A stretch of 61,577 nucleotides of DNA, the filler included, from Platydemus manokwari (Eukaryota), in the NCBI GenBank assembly GCA_037951405.1. It is 6 parts of 6 records of this genome, joined end to end, with 100 filler letters (N's around TTAATTAATTAA, not from the genome) between each part and the next. Parts side by side here need not be neighbours in the genome. Positions count along the whole stretch, not along the records: positions 1 to 9,062 come from JBBMOY011305428.1; positions 9,163 to 18,612 come from JBBMOY011248319.1; 4 more parts are not named here. One strand, given 5' to 3'. A model generated the notes under the pieces. That model did not search any database, was not told the DNA's origin, and was given only the letters and a program-made list of their open reading frames with translations. Position numbers and translations under genes: made by a program. Positions 1 to 11,897 of this stretch are shown one piece after another; positions within the stretch are counted from its first letter, which is position 1, and each line of letters begins with the position of its first letter.

Positions 1-609
1 ATGAATGATTTTCATGTTTGCGATTTATGATTTTTATTGTGACTATTCTTAAATGATTAGCTATATTTCCCGTAGAATAATCAATATAAAATCAGAATGA
101 ATCAAAAATTGAATTTAGAATATAATTAATAATAGAATTTAATTCGAAATATTGTTCTTGTTAAAATAATGGGAAATAATCAAATAAAATTAGTTGCGTC
201 TGCAAATTGAAATTATTTTTTATTAAGATGTAATTTATTTAAAATATTATTTAACATTTCAATATAACAATGCGCAAGACATCAATGTACAAGTTTCAAA
301 TAAAAATTGGTAATTTAGTAATTTTAGAAGTAAACATTTTTTCTGTTAAATAATCAAACTTAATTAATTATTATAGATGCAATAATTCATTTAACATTCA
401 CATGATTTAGCATTTGATTATTCCTGTCTGGTTCTAATTTTAACTATTCCTAAATAATTATTAATATTTTCAGTTGAATTATCAATTGTAAGTAGTATAA
501 TTAAGCGAGAGGTAAATTCGAATTTAAATAATAATATAAATAATTTCAAAATTTAATAATCAGAGAAAACAATAAAACTATGCTTTAGTTAATATAAACT
601 TACATCAAA

Positions 610-2030
610 AGTGTAGAGTAGTATCTCAATGGTTGACATAACTGCCTTAAGATATCGTTATTTCTGTTGCTATCTTATTTTCATAAATTATTAATTTTTG
701 TGAATCCCGTTTTAATTTCTTAATGACCTTTGTTGTTTTGACTGTTATTTATGTTGCGAAAATGAACATGAATTCATTACATTCTGCATCATTATATCTT
801 TTCTATTTTTTACGTACTTTATATATATTTTGCTTAATCATATCATTTGATTATTTTCCATTATTTTAATAAAGTCAAAATTTCGAATTAAGTTCTATTA
901 TTAATAATGTATTGATTGAATCCTACTAGCCTGTGCTAAGTAGTATTTGGTGTGACGATTTAAAGATAATTCAACTAGTAATCACTCGTTAAACAATCAG
1001 TAAGTTAGAATAATATGATTAAAATCAGAAAAATGGAGATTCCACCAATGATCTGTTCCAAATCAGAATAGTAGGTTATCTGTAATTCGGATAATATAGT
1101 ATAAATAAATAATAATATAATGAACGATGGAAAGAATACTTTTATTATAATATAAAATTATCGAATGTGCAATGCTACAATATTAACAGAGATTTAGTGT
1201 TGTACCCTGAAGATGAGAACAGCTGATGTAGAGAATTTGGTGCCGCCCTGCTTCGGACAATAGACTGAAGAAGTGATTTGACTTTAGTTTACAAGCCCTT
1301 GTAGCTTTGCAATTAATAATTTATCCCTGCAAATATCAACGAGCTTTGCGAGGTGATGAATGAAGTTAAAACAATAACATTTACCATTTGCATAGATTAT
1401 AAATTTATCGAATTGATTGATAGAATGTATTATAGGAGGATGTGGTTCTAAGATTACTTAAAGAATATTCTTACGCTGATGTGTGATAATTTGATGAAAA
1501 GATTTATGTTGATCCTGAATGTCGAGGAATAATATTCGCATTGAATGCGCTGAATTTATTCGTAATCGAGTTTCTTCCAAAATAACAGTGATTATTCTAG
1601 AGCAGGCATAATGAAGTTTTTCTCCCAGAATTAATTTATCGCTGAAAAATGAGCGTTTTTGGCGAAATTGAAATGACGCTGATTGAGCGTTTCAATAACG
1701 TTCAAATAATTAATAATCATTAAATTAATCACTTAAAATAAGCATAAATATACATAGTTGTCATGGTAATCGCTAAGTTGCCACGGCAATTCACCAGGAT
1801 GTTAAGGAAACTAATCAAATTAAAACATAACACAAACATCACTAAAAAATTAGTATCAAAAGAAACACAAAGCAAACCAATTTGTTCAAATAATTTTGGC
1901 AAAAACAGAAACATTAAGTATTTCAATTACACCAGAAATTCTGAAAATAAGTATATTTTATTTATTGTTATTAATCATATTTAACTTTAATAATATCCTA
2001 AATGGGATAATCAATACTTAAAATCCCAAA
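610..2030 (-). mobile_element. Decayed LTR-like repeat copy, inverted relative to the copy at 2728-4113; ends approximate
   Basis: About 850-1280 aligns by eye with the reverse complement of about 3380-3830, including an identical 35-mer (918-952 vs 3716-3750). The reverse complement of 1780-1910 resembles 19400-19560. Confidence 0.6.
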
Positions 2031-2727
2031 GTTAAAGTTTTCTAAGAACATTTGACTTCTTTTAAACTTTTAATTTTACAGACCTTCTTTTTCTCCAGAG
2101 TTGGGTGGTGATTATTCCCCAAACTACTTTTCCAATCACCTTCAGGGCACCGCAGCGAAAATAATTTAAGATTGATAAAACCTAAAATATTTTGTATCAT
2201 CTTTGTGTTATTAATTATTGTAATAATTCATATAAATAAATTCATCGTGTTCAATTATTTTTTATCTTTATAGATATTATATAGTTTATACCATCGAATC
2301 TTTACACACGCTTTCCTACGTTTCGATACAGTGACAAGTCAGATATTGGTGGAATTGTCTTTCCATATATCTACCTTCAAGGCAAATAAAATTATTATTG
2401 ACATAACCAAATTCCAACGATATTATTTTTGTTTTATTATTTAAGAATTAAAAATATAATTTTGAAATCCTTACAAAAGTAAAGGTAAATGTACAAAATA
2501 ACAATAGGATCAATAGACTCTCGTTGCATCTTTTAAATCTTAGCATAAGAAGTATTTAAAATAGGATGATTTAAATCACATTTGGTGGAAAAACCCGTTT
2601 ATAGAAATACGTAAATGAGTAATTTAAGCAGAAGATAATATCTTTATCGTGCATCAAGTGTAATGAAATAATGAACATTCGACAAAAAGTTAGAATTAAA
2701 ATATTATCAGAGAAGTACAGATAGTAG

Positions 2728-4113
2728 TGTTGGGAATATACATACAATATTCAGTCATTAAAATACGATAATATAACAACACACATTCATTAAAATACAA
2801 TAATATACAGCCCACACATTCCATCACACATATCCCACACCAAACATTACTAAATTTTATAAATTCAGATTAATAAATCACATCATCATGATGAATTAAT
2901 GCGTTACCATTAAATTACAATTTTAGAAATTAAAAAGTGAAAGAATTGCCATGATAACGGCAAAAATTTTCAAAATTGTAAACAACTCCAACACACACCT
3001 ACGAGGTAAAGTAATGGTCCACAAAAATTCTAATAAACAAGCAGTTTGCTTCAATTCACAAACCAATAAAAATTATCATTGCTTATACGTTAACTCAAAA
3101 ATTGGACATTGCTCATTGGAAATAGTTAACTCAGAAATTGGAAATTGTTGATAGAAATTTGCGTTCATTCATACATTATTGCTCTTAATCTCGTAATTTG
3201 AAGCAAGTCATCAACTGTGATTCGATTCGTATTGTCAATGATATCGCTCAGAAGGAAATCCTTTGGAACTCTCAGAAAGAAACTTATTGAATTCTCACTG
3301 ATATATGATGCGCGCAGTAAATTTAATTATTGTTCATCATGTATAAAAGCGAAAGCATTTGTATTCCAGTGCAGTTTCTCAGCAAATTTTCTTTAGTTTT
3401 TCATCCAAAGTAAGGTGGCACTTAGTTCCTTAGGTCAGTTTGTTTCAAAACTCTTCAGGGCATAACACTTCCTTCTGTTAATTATATTCTGCATCAAACA
3501 TTTGTTAGTTTTTATTATAATAAAAGTATTCTTGTCATTGTTTCATTATTCTATTATTTTATCGTTATTACATTATCCAAATTACACTCAACTTATTTAC
3601 TGATTAAAATCGGATTATTGCTAGAATGACCATTATTCTAATTATAATCATCATTTAAAGTATACACAAGTAATTCACCAAATTTATACCAGCTGAATTA
3701 TTTCTTATAAGCAATCACCAAATACTACTTAGCACAGGCTAGTAGGATTCCATCAGAAGTAATAATCTTTTATACAGATAATAGTTCAATACAATGTCTA
3801 TTGAAATAAAGGAAATTAATCAATAAACTCATTAAATCAAATATTGATTTCAAACATAAAACAATTGGAGAAAATGAAAAAATATTTATTCAGAAATCAT
3901 CAAAAAAATCCAATTAAAATTCAGTTAGAACACGAAGTATAGGTGATTAAAACTCAAGACTTAAAAAAATCAAAAAGAATCTGGATTGGTACAATAGAAT
4001 GGAATTCGTGTTATATGACAAGAGAGCAGAATGAGTAGCTTGGATCAAATAGGATAACAGAGACAGATTGTGTTTCGTGTTTCTAATGTATAAGTTACTA
4101 CTTTTAATTAATA
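2728..4113 (+). mobile_element. Putative solo LTR (TGTTGGGAAT...TTAATA)
   Basis: TGTT start; short internal tandem duplications (about 2755-2820 and 3089-3150); TATAAAAG at about 3342; the 3' end CTTTTAATTAATA resembles the end of the TSD-flanked element at 34129-35803. No clean TSD. Confidence 0.55.
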
Positions 4114-5517
4114 TAGTAATTTATAGTAACTTTTGTTCTTATTTTATGTTTGGGCATGTTGTTATTTCTATTACTAGATTTTAATTTGATTTTTCTATGA
4201 ACTTGAATTCAGTAAAACAATTTCTTAATTTAAAATGCTTAAAGAAATTGTAAAAAGAATGTATTACTAATCAAGTAAACGTTTTCAGAAAATAATGCAA
4301 AAATTTTTCGGGAGTGTTTGAAATGTGTTACAATCTACTTATATAATGTATTGATCTAAGCTTAGAACTGGTATAATAATAAAATACTATTTGAAGAAGG
4401 ACGTTGTGATAAATACTAATAAATATAATTTATTTAAAAATGAAATGAAGACATAAAAATATACATTCTTTAATGAGAACAAATTTGATGGAATCATACA
4501 GGTCATAGTACTTGAAGCGCAAAAATATCCTACATAATTGAAGTCATGTTTGAAGATTATAAATGATTATCGTAACAAAAGTTTGTTAAAACTTACGAAA
4601 ATCCGTAAGGATTATGAGAGTTAGTGTTATGTTAATTCTAATTTTGAGTACCACGTTAAACATAAATAAGTTACCCACTAATTAATATTAACAAAATTAA
4701 TTTAAAATTAATTAATTCCCCGATTCATTTGAACCATTTACATTTTTATATGAACTTTTTATGAACTAATTTTTATTTGTTTATCCACATCAAATTATTT
4801 TATTAAATGTTTATTGGAATAATAATTTTTATTGGTTTTAACTTGGATATAATTTGTGTTTTCAAAAATTGCCATAAATTGGTAAAAATTTGATCGAATA
4901 AATGGATTTCAATACAAGTTATTTGTGGCACGTATTAAAGTTCGCTAAATGATCTACGAAAGGTTAATCTTAATTTTTTTCTCTTTAATTATAAATAAGA
5001 AATTTTTAAAATTGTTATTTATAATGGGAACTTAGAATTTTTCATATTAAAAATAAATTATTTCAATGTTTTAAAAAGTTTTAATTACAGGTAATTATTC
5101 AGCAATACTCAATTCAAAATTGATTCAATTTGTTCATTGACATTGTTATGATATTAAAATTTACATTTTATTGTCGCTGTTTATGTGATGACTCGAGATA
5201 ATAAATATTGTTAAATAGCTTTGAATGGTTTTGGAAATTTTATTTTTATTACAAAAGTTTAATAATAAGTATTAGATAATTACGCTGTAAACAATTTTAC
5301 CCAACAATGTTTTAAGTCTAATTTGTAAATATCAAAAGATATTTTTGAACATATGCTTCATAAAATGTTCTAAATTTGTACATGAGAATCAAGCTAATTA
5401 GGTTTAAATTAAAAGTTAGGGGGTTTTGTTACTTAAAAATGTATTTTCACCGCGATAAGAAAATAATAGATAACCAAAAATATAATTGAGTATTTAGTTC
5501 TGATGAGAGGATACTTT

Positions 5518-5990
5518 ACTTTTCGATCAAGAACATTTACCAGTGATCCGAATCTGTGGTTCCTCTCGTACTGAACATAATTAATATTGCTTTAACAATT
5601 ATTTACCAAGGTAAAATTAACCTGTCTAAACCCAGCTCACGTTCCCTATTAGTGGATAAGCAATTCAACACTGCGAATTCTGCTTCACAATGATAGGAAT
5701 AGCTGACATCGAAGGATCAAAAAGTCACATGCTAGTTATCCCTGTTGTAACTTTTCTGACACCACTTGCTTCATACTCTGAATGTTAATCAAAAGAATTG
5801 ATAGGCCGCGCTTTCACAGTTTGTATTCGTACTGAACATCAAAATCAAATGAGCTTTTCCCCTTTTGGTTAACACTAGGTTTCTGTCCTATTTGAGCTCA
5901 CCTTAGGACATCTGCGTAACCATTTGACAAATGTACCGCCCCAGCCAAACTCCCCGCCTGACACTGTCCTCAGAACAGTTCGACAGCATC
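5518..5990 (-). pseudogene. Degraded 28S rRNA fragment (3' domain V-VI region)
   Basis: Reverse-strand conserved LSU motifs GGTTCCTCTCGTACTG, CCCAGCTCACGTTCCCTATTAG, GAATTCTGCTTCACAATGATAGGA, GACATCGAAGGATCAAAAAG and GTACCGCCCCAGCCAAACTCCCC, with substitutions and internal deletions. Confidence 0.93.
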
Positions 5991-6479
5991 CGAAGATTAC
6001 TCTCTTTTATCCATCCCTTTAAAATATCAAATTTAGCCTTAATTCGATGTTAGAAATTCTTCTAAAACTTAAATGATGAAATCAAGAGACATCAAATATA
6101 TATTTTCGAAAATATGATCAACTAACTGTCAATAAATATTCAATTAATTTAGGATTTTGCACTATGGTCACGACTATATGTAATACAGCAACATGTTTTC
6201 GTCATCGATATTTGATTCATGTCATGCTTGTCCCAGTCTAAGAACATAGATAAATCATTCTTCAATTGTTTGTATTTCATTATATTAACAACATGTTAAC
6301 TCTAATTATGGACTTCCATAATTATTTTGATAATCGATTTCCAGATATTTTCAATATTAACGAGCATATTTGATTGCCAACTAAAATGTTTTTAAATAAA
6401 TTTTCCTGCCTAATTAGGGGCATTGATGATCAGAACATTATTGAGTTTCATATAGATACATATGAATAAATTTATTCAT

Positions 6480-6660
6480 AGCTTTATCCTTGAGTTCAGG
6501 TGTGAATTTAATATAGACTTCAATAAATTAAATAAATAACTTTCGGATGACTGCACTTACTTATTAAGGTTTATCTGTGGCTCATTCAATATTCTGATTA
6601 ACCTTTGTGACAATATAGGAAAATCATCTAAAAATTCTAACCCCATTGTCAAACTTAAAG
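6480..6660 (-). mobile_element. Possible decayed hAT transposase C-terminal (dimerisation) fragment
   Basis: The minus strand reads DDFPILSQRLIRILNEP...SESYLFNL...LNSRIK, resembling the hATC FPxL..LA..IL..P...ERxFS pattern; it contains stops. Confidence 0.3.
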
Positions 6661-9062
6661 AGAATTTTAAAGTATTTCCAGTCTACTTTACTTATATTGC
6701 CAATAAAATCAATATCAATTACGTTGAGGAACAAAAAATTAAAAGCGAATAATATTTATCTTCTTAATTCATTTAAGATAAATGGAAGTTCTAAGAATTT
6801 TAAAGTTACTTAGGATAATTAAATAATAAATGAACTTCTTCATATTTCCCATAGTGGGGTTAAGAAAGGATTAGCTTCGGGGTTGGACGATAAAATAAAG
6901 ATTGATGGTTACTTGGAAAAAAGTAGAAACGGCACACTATTAATAGTCGAAAAAAATAAATGCAACTGGATTACAAAGTTAATGCATCAACCAAAACAGT
7001 TGCTAATGTCAATGTCAATGTTAAGGATATCATTGACGAAATGGTTAGAGCAAAATATGTTATGAAAAATTCGATACATTCAAAAAGGCAGAAAATTCCC
7101 TTCTTGCTGCTGGATCATCAAACAACAAAATTAAATTAAATATTCGACCAATTAATAAAATTTCACTAAATCTTATTAAATCGTGCTTTGGTGTTCGATG
7201 GAACTTTATGATATTCCACTACATCATCAATATACATTGCAAACTTTTGTGCCAATTGATAATTTTCATTGGATCTTGTTCATGTATGATAAGTTTTCGA
7301 AAGTCAGTTATTGGCTTGATCCTATCAAAGGTATTTTTAGATTGAATGAATCCTAACTTAAATGTTTGATAATTCACTCCTTTCTGATTTCTTGTTTTGG
7401 TACAGATCATCAGATTTATGATGATCAGTCATATTACGTGAGGTTTCAGGACAAGAGATTGCAGACCTTGGATTTGGATATTTGAAAATTAAATCTCAAG
7501 ATGTTTTTTCTGCAAGAGTCAAGTCAATCGGTTTGTTATTTTTAAAAATGGCCTTTTATACCAAATGACTTGTTACTACTTGTAACAAGAACTATGAATT
7601 CGGTATCTGTGGCACTCACCAAAGTTGGAGCTACAAACACTGATTTTAGTCCAACCTTGTATAGTTGATTTTGTAATACAAATTATTGCAAATGCACTTT
7701 TACAAAAAATTATTAATATTTCTTCCTCGTTGAATTTATGTAAAAATGCAGTGATAATAAATATAATTACCATCACTGGTCTTATGGACAGTAACTGTCA
7801 TTACTTTTCTGAGCATCTGGATAAGGCAAAAATTCATGAGGACGTAATATTTTGTTTGGTATTGTCGCCAAACTATCACATATTCTTTCTTTCGTGTTGA
7901 GAGTAATCTCTTGAACCTGAATACCATGTTTAGTAATCAAGACATGTAGATCTAGACATAACTGAAAAGCTAGTGAACTACCGATAGATGAAGATACTAG
8001 ACAAGCATTAGTATCTATATAATATAAAATCTGTATAAAAGCAATTATAGATAAAGATATAGAAATACAAAATAATGTTGGTTTACTTATGAACAATACA
8101 TAACTGACTCCAATACAAAGGTCTATTAATAAATACACAAACTACACAGTCTTAACTCAAACATGGCTTTCAATTGGTGTTGTATATCTCCACATCTATT
8201 TTATACTCGCGATCTGTGTGTATTTTTTGTGTCATGTTGTATCATATTTTGATTTGATATTTGTTTATTTGTGTTAATATTGGGTTTTTAATATTTTATA
8301 TGAGTGAAATTGGTCTATTCTTATATTTGTGTTTTGTGTAGCTATGCCCATTTTTCCAATTAAAATTCACCAACTAATTTCGCTTTGATTGGCTGATTGT
8401 ATGCCTGTATGGCCGTGTAGGCATGGAACTATTCCGTGCCAAAACAAGGATTCCAAGGTGAAATTTCTTTTTTTTGCGGAATTTCATTTCACTCAACAAT
8501 AATTAATTTTGAAATAAATATTTGTGGGTGCAATTCTGAAGAGTGAAAAGAATATAAAACAGAGTCCTGTATTCGATTTTGTAAGTCAGACTCAAAAATT
8601 TGAAAGAAATTATGGTCATTGATGAAACAAATAAAATAGATGCAATGAGTATGATTCGATTATTTATATCACATGATAATTTAGGAAACATGATTTAAAA
8701 AATCAATAGCGCAATAAATGGCATCATGTCATTTTAGTATGATAAAAATTGCAAAAAGCGCATTTCACATTGTGAAATTATCTGACATGTCAATTCTTGA
8801 AAGAATGCATGAAATAGAATTAGTTGACCATACATTAAAGATAACTGCAATGTTTCAAAAGTGGGAAGGTATTAAGGTCAAGTTGAAAGTATAAGAGTTA
8901 CTCAGTATAAGAGAATTATTGAATTTAAATATTGTAATTTTTGTAATATGATTTAGATACTCACGTGACAAGCTCCTATGAAAAATGAAAACATAAAAAT
9001 AAAGACTTTTAAATCAAAAAATTAAAATAAATAATAAAGTTACTAAACGTAGATTTTTAAAT

Positions 9063-9162
9063 NNNNNNNNNNNNNNNNNNNNNNNNNNNNNNNNNNNNNN
9101 NNNNNNTTAATTAATTAANNNNNNNNNNNNNNNNNNNNNNNNNNNNNNNNNNNNNNNNNNNN
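9063..9162. other. Artificial scaffold linker N44-TTAATTAATTAA-N44
   Basis: Exactly 100 bp with a 12-mer giving stops in all six frames; identical copies occur five times in the window. Confidence 0.97.
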
Positions 9163-11249
9163 ATCTTATATTCTATACATATTTATATAGGAAAAATTAT
9201 TTATTTCAAATCTTTTGATTTCATTATAAGGTGTTCGAACCTAGTGTGTTTTGTATCATAATTTAGTCTAGAAATTCTTAAGATATAACATCATAATTAT
9301 CATATTTATCATATTTATTTAATTTAATAACGATTTTAAAGGAACTGAAACATTAGATATCCGACTATTTTCTAAATAAGAATATCAATATGTTAATAAA
9401 GTTAATTATATAGCTATTATTATGAATATTAATATCTGACAATGAATATTATTATGAATAATTATTATCTAACAACATAGCATTAAATAAATATAATATT
9501 GTTTTGTCAAATCACAGTAACAAATGAAAACTTAAATTTATAAAATATTAAAACTATTTCTTAAATTAAAAATAAAAATTTTTATTTACAATGATGATTT
9601 CATTTGTGATAATTATTATCATTATTCAATTGGATATACTCGAAAAATTTCAGTTTTCATCTTTTGAGAAATTTGTTTTATTTAATATGCGAAATAAAAC
9701 ATATAAACGTAACAACCAAAATATTGATGGTAATTATATAGACGCTTTAACTATATGTGCTTTCAGAAAATGTGATTTTATTGCCAATGTAATTGGTGGC
9801 TATAGAAAATTGAGAAGGCAAAGCCAAAGAAGAAAATAGGATGAAAAATGATGATATTGTGTTGTTTAATTGAAATAAATGTTTATTTGAATTGTGTTTA
9901 TCTTGTGAAATTTTAATATTTATATATATTTTATATAAAGTATAGATAAATATCGATAGACAAAGCATTTAAGTAAAATATCAGATAATTCGTAAAGTAA
10001 TTCAATGATATATTCGAGAGATTAAAAGTATTTGAAAACCCATGCTTCATTGTTAAATTGTATTATGGTTAAATTCGATAACAATCAAAATAATCTTTAT
10101 GTTTATTATTAAATCATTATTATTATTAAATATAAATTTAGATTTATTCAAAATAAAAAGTTTTTGTATGCAACGTTCTTTTTGCTAGTCAAACATCTTT
10201 TACAACTTTTATTCGTAGAATTTTGATTTCCATTGGGTCCATAAGTTTTTAAAAATAACAACATTTGTTTCACTTTAATACCACCATCAAAAATAGAATA
10301 TGTGATCAAATCCGTTTAAAAATTGTAATACAATGAAAATGGAAAAACATAACCAATTTTCAGCTTGAGAATGAATTCATATTTTAGAATCATCCAAACA
10401 AAATGTTCCGGTACATGTTGTTAGTCAAAGCATTAAACTGCCTGTAATAATGTGTTCTTAACCTATTAAATTAAAAATTCACTGAGTTGCGAAACTTAAG
10501 GAATATAAAACAAACTGAAGTCACATTATTAAGTAAATAAAAACAAATAAATAATTCGTGGTGAAATAATCACAAAAAATAATTAGGTTTATATTTTATT
10601 AATCGTTATTACATAAACAACATTGTTTTTTATTTATTTTATTGAACCTCCAGACTCAAATAACAGGCATTTAACTTGCTTTTACAGGAATAAACTCTAT
10701 ACTAAAATATATTTTTTATAATATTCATTAACTATAATAAAGTTTAATCCCATTTCTGATTTCAGTTGAAAAATTGTTCTACGTTATTTTTTTATTCAAA
10801 TTATGATATATTTTTCAACAAGTCATTTTTACTTTTCTCTTGATCAGACCAAATATATATGTATATAGGAAGTTTTTAATCTTTATTAAAAAGCTTCAAA
10901 AAAAAATTGCAAACCGAATATTTTATAATATTAATTTGACCGACGTTAAGATTAGAAAAAATCTAAAACAGATTTTGAAAATAAAACTAGATAATTTTAT
11001 TTATAAAATCCTGAAATATTATTATTACTAGTAAAACAAAACAATATTTTTGAAGAAAGGAAGTTTTCTTTTGCAAAAAAAGTTGGAAATTTGAGATGCT
11101 CATTGTTGTAGAAATACTACAGAACAATTGATGGATATTTCCAATAACTACGAATAAAATTTTAAATAAGCATCATTTTTTTACATCTTGATAAATTTAA
11201 TGTACCTTGTTAGTAAATGATGAAGAAAATATTTAAATTCAAATCTGGC

Positions 11250-11875
11250 AGTATGATTATGATTATGACTATGATTATGATTATGATTATTATTATTATT
11301 ATTATTATTGCCATTATTATGATTTTTGTTTTGATTATGATTATCATTATGATTATTATTATTATTACTATTATTATTATTGCCATTATTATTATTAAGG
11401 TTATGAATATTATTATTATCATTATTATTATTATTATTATTATTATTAAGATTATGATTATGATTATGATTATTATGATTATTATTATTGACTGCCATTA
11501 TTATTATAAATGGCATCACCATTATTATNNNNNNNNNNNNNNNNNNNNNNNNNNNNNNNNNNNNNNNNNNNNNNNNNNNNNNNNNNNNNNNNNNNNNNNN
11601 NNNNNNNNNNNNNNNNNNNNNNNNNNNNNNNNNNNNNNNNNNNNNNNNNNNNNNNNNNNNNNNNNNTATAACTGAAATAATTATAATAATTATCATTGTA
11701 GCTTTTATTATTAATATCTGCAGTTATTATTATATTTATTGTCATTATTATTACTATTGTTATTATTATTGTTATCATCATTATTAATATTGTAATTATT
11801 AATATACGTCATTATTAATGTCATAATAATGGTTATAATAATAATAATTATTATTACTGTCATTATAATTATTGT
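11250..11875. repeat. (ATT/ATG)n microsatellite tract with internal assembly gap 11529-11666
   Basis: Directly visible; it explains the poly-I and poly-N ORFs. Confidence 0.95.
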
Positions 11876-11897
11876 TAAATAATTATCATTCTATTAG

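Noticed and set aside
615-660. tRNA or SINE-like A-box (also B-box-like motifs at about 9234 and about 24428)
   Set aside because: No cloverleaf and no correctly paired A and B boxes.
3425-3470. Minus-strand CTGAAGAG-TTTT-GAAAC minimal hammerhead
   Set aside because: No NUH site with pairing stems I and III, and the motif is not conserved in the homologous copy at about 1207.
5497-5540. Hammerhead ribozyme candidate (CTGATGAG...)
   Set aside because: There is GATC instead of GAAA after the putative stem II, no stem I/III closure, and the 3' half belongs to the 28S relic.
6880-8140. Host gene or DNA transposase in short ORFs
   Set aside because: Fragmented frames with no motif I can assign; possibly decayed TE, but unsupported.
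9107-9118. TTAATTAATTAA as a biological repeat, CRISPR-like unit or piggyBac site
   Set aside because: It is always centred in exactly 44+44 N, so it is an assembly linker.
11181-11787. Poly-Ile and poly-Asn ORFs (also 14183-14383 and 60314-60617)
   Set aside because: They are translations of ATT/AAT microsatellites and N gaps.
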